Assembly (NCBI GenBank): GCA_030704615.1
Contig: JAKLZA010000094.1
Coordinates: 1-6,937 of the forward strand
Direction: 5' to 3'
DNA: 6,937 bases
Origin: Takakia lepidozioides
Taxonomy: Eukaryota > Plantae > Bryophyta
Below, piece after piece: positions 1-6,203 of this stretch. Each line of letters begins with the position of its first letter. Within the stretch, counting starts at the first letter, position 1. Both the position numbers and the translations under genes were made by a program. The notes under the pieces were generated by a model, which made no database searches, had not been told where the DNA came from, and saw nothing but the letters and a program-made list of their open reading frames with translations.

Positions 1-921
1 GCCCAAATGACAGATGCCAATGTAAGCGAGGGACACACAGAGACGGTGGATCCCTACAAGACACCACAGAGAGGCAGTAGCACACCGGTTAGACCATCGC
101 GGGCAAGTGCAGCCCCCGCAATTACCCATACGGTGGAGAGTGGAGGAGAGGAAAGAACACCTGAAAGAGCACCGATTGTGCAAGTTCGAGTGAAGCCAGG
201 GAGAGGGCAGTAGAGACGACGAGAGTGCTGGAGGTGGTTTCGCAGGTGGCTGACCCCTGTTGAGGAGGACGACATGGATGTTTCTGACCAGGATGACATT
301 CTCCCGGACATCCCCAGGCCCCAAACCCGGAGCATACAGGCTGGATTTGGCGTCTTGGTGGGCTGCCGGAAAAACCCTCTGCAGCAGACGTCATGTCTGA
401 GGCGGATATGAAGTTGCCGCTGCCAAGATGTTGGAGGCAACCCACAGCAACATTGGCAGGGTGCTGGGGGGCATGGTGTACCGGCCAAGCTTCGAATTCC
501 CCTTTGCCGCTTGTGTCATTGCAGGTGGTGAGACCTGCCCTCCCAGGCGATATCGACAAGCTGAAATTCTCTTTCCGGGATGGATATCGAATGGGGTCTG
601 CCGCCTTTTACGTTTCCATTGAGAACGACCACGGAGCTTCCCGTGCCCACACTCCGATGAGGTGGACAAATGGGTCCCCATTGGCAAACGCGAAATGAGG
701 AGTTCGAGAGATCGATTGCTAGTGATCCTCTTTCCAGCACATGTCCGTAAGATGTTCTACGTGTGGACGGCAATCATCGCCTCCTGGCATGGATGGAGCA
801 CATTGCCCAAGCCCACCCCAACGATTCTCGATTGGCATTTCGCCGTCGATTGTGTTGTGCTGAAGGTTGCGGGGCCCAAAGATCGCAGTCTTCTCAAAGC
901 TGCAATGGCCGACATCAACTC
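1..921 (+). CDS. Exon 1: low-complexity N-terminus followed by a ParB/Sulfiredoxin-like domain (about 520-921)
   Basis: Frame-hopping translation gives VVRPALPGDIDKLKFSFRDGYRMGSAAFYVSIENDHG...KMFYVW/DGNHRLLAWMEHIAQAHPND.DWHFAVDCVVLKVAGPKDRSLLKAAMADIN. MFYVW (752-766) and DGNHR (766-780) share G766, so one G is missing. Hydrophobic strand + DG-x-HR + helix is the ParB/Srx signature (established knowledge). Confidence 0.7.
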
Positions 922-3900
922 GTAAGCTACAACCCCTCTCGCTTTGGACTTTGAATTTGGAAGTCATTTCATTGCGAATCCTCATATATGATGAAAATTC
1001 CCATTTCAGTATTGTGTGATGGAAATGTGGCACTGCAGGGTGACTGAGAATGCCTTCATTGCCACCAACTTGTCCCATATGCTCTTCCGAGTGAAGGATG
1101 TCGGAAGCAGGGGTGGAAGAGTTTGCCAATTCCCTCAGTGCCGACCTCCTGCGCAAGTCGGAGGCAAAGGCAGACAGAACCTGGTATGGCTGAGCGTCGA
1201 CGCCATGGTGGACTACATATTTCGGGTAAAGCTCCTGCAGTTTTGTTGAGCTAATTTGTCTCTCCTCCCCCAATAGAAGAAATTGTTTGAGCAGGATCTC
1301 TAATCTTATGTGCTGCTTTTTCGACAGACGAAAATACAGCAGGATTTGGCACATGCGCGGAGGTTCTACATGGAGTCAGAGGAGAAGAATCCAACCCTCC
1401 CGGAACTCGAATCGTATGTCAAAGCTGCGGAGGTGAGGGCCCGCATAAAGTACAAGTCGCGGATGGTAAAGTACGTGGCCATAGCTGATCCCGCCCTTGG
1501 TGCCGATTTCTGGTGGAGGTGGGAAAGCACTACTCTCGCGCTCTGAAGCCCACGATGACATTGGAGAAGCTCCATCGTCTAGCCACATCCTGTTGGATGC
1601 AACAGAAAAGGTGATACATTCTTAAACCAAATGTGGTGGCAACAACTCCTTTTGTGGTGTTTGGCGCTTACGAATATGCTGGGTGGTTGGACAGAACCCG
1701 GTGGCTCAAATCTGGAATGGTTCCCAAAGTACCAGGGACATGTGGAGCTTCCCCAAACCGGACAAACTCTCTGACCCCACATTCGACATGTGGATGAACC
1801 GCATGACATGGTGGTTTCAGGTACTTCCCCACGCTTCGTTTGGGGCTTTACTCTAGTAGGGGTTGATTCATTGTATTTTTTGAGGAAAGCGATCTGATGA
1901 CAATCTGACCAATCTCCACAGGTGACGACGAATGCGCAAGAGCAGCTGGACACACAAGCACATCAGTTCAAGATGGAGATATCTCCTGCAGCAGAGAGCC
2001 TGCGTGACTATGTGACGAGGTACTTTCTGCTCTACAAAACCAACCTATTCTTTCGGGAGATAGCAGATGCTCGCCGGAGCCACGAGTTCACCGACCAGCC
2101 GAACGCGGACAAAGCAAGCAATGCGCCTTCTGTACAGGTACATACGCGCTGCCTTTCTTTCAAGTCCTGGCATTTCAGGATGTTAGAGGCCTAAGTGGTG
2201 TTAGGGAAAATGGCGCCGAATTTCCAGTCAGGGCTCCGAAAATGGCAAAGTCCCTAGACTGGCTGGCCCGGAACTGGAAATTCGGCGCCATTTTCCAGTT
2301 CCAGGCCCTATTGCCGTTCAGGGACTTAGCCATTTTCGGGCTAAGTCCCTAGTTGTGCTGGCCCGGAACTGGAAATTCGGCGCCGTTTTCCAGTTCTAGG
2401 CCCTATTGCCGTCCAGGGACTTAGCCATTTTCGGGCTAAGTCCCTAGACTGGCTGGCCGCCATATTCCAGTTCCAGGCCCTATTTGCCGTCCAGGGGGAC
2501 TTAGCATTTTCGGTCTAAGTCCCTAGGGTGGCTGGCCCGGAACTGGAAATTCGGCGCCGTATTCCAGTTCTAGGCCCTATTGCCGTCCAGGGACTTAGGC
2601 CATTTTCCGGCTAAGTCCCTAGACGGGCTGGCCCTGAAGTGGAAATTCGGCGCCATATTCCAGTTCCAGGCCCTAGCGTCCAGGGACTTAGCCATTTTAG
2701 TCTAAGTCCATAGGGTGGCTTGGCCCGGAACTGAAATTCGGCGCCGTATTCCAGTTCTAGGCCATTATTGCCGTACAGGGACTTAGCAATTTTCGGGCCA
2801 AGTAGTCCCTAGACTGGCTGGCCCTGAAGTGGAAATTCGGCGCCTATTCCAGTTCCAGGCCCTATTGCCGTCCAGGGACTTAGCCATTTTCGGTCTAAGT
2901 CCCTAGGGTGGCTGGACCGGAACGGAAATTCGGCGCCGTTATTCCAGTTCTAGGCCCTATTGCCGTCCAGGGACTTAGCCATTTTTTGTGTAAGCCTAGG
3001 GTGGCTGGCCCGGAAGTGGAAATTCGGCGCCGTTTTCCAGTTCCAGGCCGTATTGCCGTCCAGGGACTTAGCCATTGTCGGGCTAGTCCCTACACTGGGT
3101 GGCCCTGAAGTGGTGAAATTCGGCGCATATTCCCGTTGTAGGCCCTATTGCCGTTCAGGGAGTTAGCCATTTCGGACCTAATTGGGTTTTTCATGATGCA
3201 GGTACTGTAAGTTCTCGCTTTTGGAGAAAGGTCATCTGTCTTCGAGCCACCATTCTTCCTGGCATGGAGGAACCCTGGGGCTGACTCCATGTACACTGAC
3301 GATAGTGTGAGAGGAGTGGCATCTGGAACATTTGCGTGATGCCCTTGGTATGTGGACCTTCCGCCCGGCTCGCTCGAACCCATCCGAGTTTCAATTGAAG
3401 CTGGATGCTGAATTCCGACGAAACCGGGCTCCGCTGCCTCGGTTTGGGTGCAAAAGAGGCAAAAGCGCTTGCGAACTCCAGGAAAGCGGCAGAGCTTGCT
3501 CAGGCAGGAATTCAAGAGAAATTGCATGAGAAGAGTAAAGGTCAAAGGAAAAGGACAAAGGAAACAGTTGACTGCAGTAACACCCACAAAAGAAGAAAAC
3601 CATCGGGGCATCGGAGGAGGCGCAGGAGGGACCCAAGAGAGTGACTCCGACGCCGATTTTTTTCAAGGTCCTGCGACTGCTGTTGCTCCTACCCAGTCAC
3701 CGGTCGTCCGGGTTCCCAAGTCAGTTCGGAGTGGGACTGGCTCTGCCAAGAAGTTGGCATTTGAGGGCGAGCCTACACGGCGGTATTCGGCGGTGACGTT
3801 TACGCACAGGCCAAAGCTAGAACCTCCAACCATCATCCAATGCGTCAATGAGAGCTTCCTTGACGCTCTCGCTGCCAGGGCGAAGAAGGTGGCACACAAC

Positions 3901-5550
3901 AAGTCTCTGGCGGAGCAGAAGGGAAAAGCCAAGAAGAGGGCTGCCGGTACAGAGCCTAAAGACACCCCTGGTTTTGAAGCCATGATGGAATTCTTCACGG
4001 CTGTGAGCACGAATTGCAAGAGCACTCGGGGGGGGTTGAGGTGGAGAGAGCTTGCGACATGATTCTCCTCGACATTCCAGATGGGGAGCTGCTGGAGGGC
4101 CTGGATGGTGTGCCCACCTGGAACAGGTTTACTGAGGACTACTGGAAAAGCCGGGTTTGGGCTGGCGGGGATGCTTCTGGATGACGGTGGATGTGTGGTT
4201 GTCCTTGCCACGAGAGGGAAGACCACAGAGAATGCGGTGGCAAGGTGGACACCGAAAAGTGTCACCCGGTCCTCCTCAGAAAATGGTTCTGCATCAGTAC
4301 GCAGGGGTTGCGAACAGAGGGCCAAAGTGTAAGTTATCAATCTATTGCATTCACTTCATATTGTGGTGTATGTTAAGTAGACCCTGGAATTGATCCCTTC
4401 TTTGTTGGATGTGCAGACATTGGTGTTTGAGGCATATTGCTTTGTGAAAGAGGGTCTACGTTCAAATTCCGCAACGACGGTCGTCTTGTTGATGCCGCTG
4501 TGGACCCTGTAACCTACGATGTCCTCTACAACTATGTGCCCCACTCTAGTATGCCGAAGGACACAAAGACAGGCAAACCGTGGCGGTACAGCCGGACCCG
4601 AAGCCCTGCTTTCATCCAAACCCTCATGGAGACGTGCTCGGATGTCCAAGGGCGGATTCTGGACCTCACATGCGGCACGGGTAAGCCTTCACGTGCTCAG
4701 TTTGTCCCCTGGCCCCATTGCAATTGCATGCCGCAAGCTATTAAACCGCCCGCTTTGTTCCTCAGGTGCTTCAATGTGGGCAGGGACGTTGTCCGACAGG
4801 CATGTGTTCGCCTTCGAGCCAGATACTGCCCTCCACAACTCGGAACTTGCAGCGGCTGAACGTCTGCCGAAAGAGGAAGAGGCATCCTCGGAGGATGAGG
4901 AAAATCCGAGAAGAAGCAGGGGGAGGAAGTTGGGATCGAGCCGAGGACCCCGGTTTACGAGTGAGTGGTGGCATTGTAAGTTGCCTCCAGATTTTGTGAG
5001 GCACCTCCCTCCGCTCTCTTATTTCATTGAAAACCCTTTCTGGTTGTGCTGGTATTGACATTCTTCAAGTGGATTTGTTCTTACTGTAGGATGCCAAGTA
5101 CTGCCGGAGGGACGTCTACACCGGAGTTCATGGGCAGGAGGAACGTGCCTTTTTTTGCCAGGGGAGATTTCATGCCTAGTCCAGAAAGGGAGTACATCCT
5201 GCCTACTTATGCTGCCCGGCTTGCTTCGGTGTCCATTAGGAGGTGTTCCGAACGTAGTCGTGTTATAGCAGATTTTAGACGAGGCAAGCCTCAAGAAAAT
5301 GAAGATGAGGGAGGAGGCAGCAGCTATTAGAGCCCGTCGGGCTCGTAGATTTGTGTTGGATTCTGCTGAGGAAAGTGGGGGAGAAGACGCAGAAGATTCC
5401 CAGGAGGTGAGGTGGACAGTCCCCCAAGGAGAGGACGGGATTTTTGAGAGGCATAGTGGAACTGATGCATCACAGAGCTCGGAGGATGAGGGGGATGAGG
5501 GGGATGAGGAAGAAGGTGGGGCAAGTTCCTCGGAGGGTGTAGGAGAGTAG
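1..5550 (+). CDS. Multi-exon gene (9 exons, about 1260 aa reconstructed) for a ParB/Srx-like plus beta-class N4C/N6A DNA methyltransferase-like fusion protein; frameshifted as given (sequence errors or pseudogene)
   Basis: Exons 1-921, 1039-1225, 1328-1610, 1695-1820, 1922-2137, 3202-4328, 4417-4680, 4766-4960, 5090-5550 (TAG at 5548-5550). Introns 1, 2, 4, 6 and 7 join in phase directly; introns 3, 5 and 8 need a nearby 1-bp indel. The frame is open from base 1 (ATG at 7), so the true start may lie upstream. Confidence 0.75.
922..1038 (+). other. Intron 1 (117 bp, phase 2)
   Basis: GTAAGC donor, TGCAG acceptor, AT-rich. Splicing removes the TAA at 923 and joins DIN-S-VTENAF in frame. Confidence 0.85.
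1039..1225 (+). CDS. Exon 2
   Basis: VTENAFIATNLSHMLFRVKDVG...LSVDAMVDYIFR, bounded by AG and GT. Confidence 0.7.
1226..1327 (+). other. Intron 2 (102 bp, phase 0)
   Basis: GTAAAG donor, pyrimidine-rich TGCTTTTTCGACAG acceptor. In-frame join YIFR|TKIQQD. Confidence 0.75.
1328..1610 (+). CDS. Exon 3
   Basis: TKIQQDLAHARRFYMESEEKNPTLPELESYVKAAEVRARIKYKSRMVKYVAIADPALGADFW, then after a frameshift ...ALKPTMTLEKLHRLATS. Confidence 0.65.
1611..1694 (+). other. Intron 3 (84 bp)
   Basis: AAG|GTGATA donor, GACAG acceptor. Less canonical, and phase cannot be checked because of nearby indels. Confidence 0.55.
1695..1820 (+). CDS. Exon 4
   Basis: 126-nt open frame ending STRDMWSFPKPDKLSDPTFDMWMNRMTWWFQ; too short for the ORF track. 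Confidence 0.65.
1821..1921 (+). other. Intron 4 (101 bp, phase 0)
   Basis: CAG|GTACTT donor, CTGAC branch-point-like motif at 1905-1909, CACAG acceptor. In-frame join WWFQ|VTTNAQ. Confidence 0.8.
1922..2137 (+). CDS. Exon 5
   Basis: VTTNAQEQLDTQAHQFKMEISPAAESLRDYVTRYFLLYKTNLFFREIADARRSHEF... With one indel near 2110 it ends KQAMRLLY-R across the junction. Confidence 0.65.
2205..2255 (-). repeat. Inverted, internally deleted partial copy of the 95-bp unit
   Basis: 2205-2228 is the exact reverse complement of 2273-2296. 2236-2255 matches the reverse complement of 2320-2339 at 19/20. Confidence 0.9.
2252..3183. repeat. Tandem array, 10 copies of an about 95-bp unit with two palindromes per unit
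   Basis: Units start at 2252, 2347, 2442, 2521, 2617, 2708, 2807, 2901, about 2995 and 3088. Consensus is approximately CCCTAG(AC/GG)TGGCTGGCCCGGAACTGGAAATTCGGCGCCRTWTTCCAGTTCYAGGCCCTATTGCCGTCCAGGGACTTAGCCATTTTCGGKCTAAGT. Unit 3 has an internal deletion. Confidence 0.97.
3202..4328 (+). CDS. Exon 6: Lys/Glu-rich linker, then the first half of the MTase domain (motif IV region onward)
   Basis: Includes ORF fragments 3405-3644 and 3448-4062. From 4056: DMILLDIPDGELLEGLDGVPTWNRFTEDYWK / AGFGLAGMLLDDGGCVVVL / ...LRKWFCISTQGLRTEGQS. A further undetected short intron cannot be excluded. Confidence 0.6.
4329..4416 (+). other. Intron 6 (88 bp, phase 0)
   Basis: Consensus GTAAGT donor, GTGCAG acceptor, AT-rich. 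Join TEGQS|TLVFEAY. Confidence 0.85.
4417..4680 (+). CDS. Exon 7 (MTase, up to motif I)
   Basis: TLVFEAYCFVKE / GSTFKFRNDGRLVDAAVDPVTYDVLYNYVPHSSMPKDTKTGKPWRYSRTRSPAFIQTLMETCSDVQGRILDLTCGT, with one G missing in the G run near 4453. Confidence 0.8.
4681..4765 (+). other. Intron 7 (85 bp, phase 1), interrupting the SAM-binding GxG motif
   Basis: GTAAGC donor, TTTGTTCCTCAG acceptor. G4680 + GT(4766-4767) rebuilds the last Gly of DLTCGTG. Confidence 0.88.
4766..4960 (+). CDS. Exon 8 (end of MTase domain, acidic linker)
   Basis: (G)ASMWAGTLSDRHVFAFEPDTALHNSELAAAERLPKEEEASSEDEE... Confidence 0.75.
4961..5089 (+). other. Intron 8 (129 bp)
   Basis: GTGAGT donor (alternative GTAAGT at 4976), TTGTTCTTACTGTAG acceptor. 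A phase-2 join PVY-E-MPS needs one upstream indel. Confidence 0.65.
5090..5550 (+). CDS. Exon 9, terminal exon with acidic tail
   Basis: MPSTAGG...REYILPTYAARL..., then KMKMREEAAAIRARRARRFVLDSAEESGGEDAED...SEDEGDEGDEEEGGASSSEGVGE-stop. Confidence 0.65.
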
Positions 5551-5613
5551 TGCCCATTCCGGCTATGACAGTTAGAACACACTTGTATAGACGTGGCTTG
5601 CCACAAAATTTGC

Positions 5614-5619
5614 AATAAA
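5614..5619 (+). promoter_or_regulatory. Candidate polyadenylation signal AATAAA
   Basis: AATAAA about 64 nt after the predicted stop codon; motif match only. Confidence 0.3.
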
Positions 5620-5664
5620 ATGTTGCATTTTAAGTCCACTGGTGCCACATTCCAACTTCACATG

Positions 5665-5699
5665 ACCCTATTTCCGTGCCTCCTAACCCTATTTCCGTG
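5665..5699. repeat. Direct repeat ACCCTATTTCCGTG x2 (21-bp period)
   Basis: Exact copies at 5665-5678 and 5686-5699. Confidence 0.85.
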
Positions 5700-5733
5700 G
5701 ACTCACAATGGTCTGCTCATGCTTTTTTTTTTT

Positions 5734-5772
5734 CCGCTCATGCTCATGCCGCTCATGCTCATGCCGCTCATG
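5734..5772. repeat. 15-bp minisatellite CCGCTCATGCTCATG x2.6
   Basis: Exact repeats, preceded by T11 (5723-5733) and another TGCTCATGC. Confidence 0.9.
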
Positions 5773-6203
5773 AAATAGCAGCCCCCCTTCACGGTGCTCC
5801 TTGCATAACAACCTGGTTTCTCTCATTCTCAAGCAAAAACCACAAGTGCTACAACTAACTCGTATCTGGCACTTACAGATATGAGCTCATCTTTCTCGAG
5901 TGATAAAGAAGAAGAATACAAGCACAAGCTCATGCGAGCTCACAAAGCTGAAGCATAAACTCATACATATATAACCTCATCACTCAAATACAAGTCAAGC
6001 CAAGTGCACCCCACGCCATGGGGAATCCACACTACGGCGCCATAGCTAGGCGCGGTGAGGCTCAACTCGAGAAAGATGAGCCTCCCGCGCTTGCCGTGAA
6101 GATAACCACTCCAGGGCCTAAATCTACCTTGACCCCTGGATTGACACTTGGGCCAATCCCAAATGTCAATATGTAAAAGCTAGCTATTTCCTAGCTAGTT
6201 TCA
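5771..6203. mobile_element. Possible LTR-like or non-autonomous element with imperfect inverted ends, hairpin-rich
   Basis: Starts TGAAATAGC and ends GCTAGTTTCA (reverse complement TGAAACTAGC, one indel). Central TATATAA-like motif near 5968. No target-site duplication (GCTCA vs CACTA). Confidence 0.3.
5885..6081. repeat. Perfect 17-bp inverted repeat
   Basis: GCTCATCTTTCTCGAGT (5885-5901) and ACTCGAGAAAGATGAGC (6065-6081). Confidence 0.9.

Larger units (their letters stand above)
2138..3201 (+). other. Intron 5 (1064 bp) containing the 95-bp tandem array
   Basis: CAG|GTACAT donor, TTTTTCATGATGCAG acceptor. A phase-2 join gives RLLYR|YCKF. Confidence 0.65.
4056..4830 (+). other. Beta-class amino-methyltransferase-like domain (N6_N4_Mtase-type), spread over exons 6-8
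   Basis: Catalytic-motif position first (LLDIPDG 4065-4085, compare hhhDPPYG, followed by WN). Then LLDDGGCVVV (compare VLKPGGxhhh), TLVFEAYCFVK (compare E-x-hhhh-K), RSPAFIQTLMETCS (compare KPxxLhxxLI), and SAM-binding motifs last: GRILDLTCGTGASMWAGTLSDRHVFAFEPD (compare GDxVLDPFxGSGTTxxAAxxxGRxxhGhExD). This order defines the beta class. Confidence 0.75.

Noticed and set aside
2908-3166. ORFs 2908-3108 and 2960-3166
   Set aside because: They are translations of the tandem repeat; the about 95-bp unit does not preserve frame.
2252-3183. CRISPR array (palindromic repeats at regular spacing)
   Set aside because: The sequences between palindromes are near-identical rather than unique spacers, the context is a spliceosomal intron, and no cas genes are present.
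3340-3375. YVDLPPG as the MTase catalytic motif
   Set aside because: It is too far from the other MTase motifs and separated by a low-complexity linker. LLDIPDG at 4065-4085 has the expected spacing and context.
4056-4830. C5-cytosine methyltransferase (MET1/CMT/DRM/DNMT) or METTL3/MT-A70 assignment
   Set aside because: No PCQ or ENV motifs are present. The motif order and the C-terminal DxxxGxG...RxxhxhExD pattern fit N6_N4_Mtase-type enzymes better. No gene symbol is assigned.
1-5550. Bacterial operon or restriction-modification system of small separate genes
   Set aside because: Phase-consistent GT-AG introns, including one inside the GxG motif, join the fragments. No nuclease partner or operon-like layout is evident.
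54-5648. Long minus-strand ORFs (e.g. 719-1354, 3090-3611, 3663-4340, 5019-5648)
   Set aside because: They are antisense shadows of the plus-strand gene with no recognisable motifs. Splice signals and domain motifs are all on the plus strand.
5593-5858. ORFs 5593-5778 and 5676-5858
   Set aside because: They are short and driven by the 15-bp minisatellite and T run (LMLMP and AHAH repeats).
5771-6203. Confident solo LTR call
   Set aside because: The flanks do not form a 4-6 bp TSD and no recognisable tRNA primer-binding site follows either end, so it is kept only as a low-confidence possibility.
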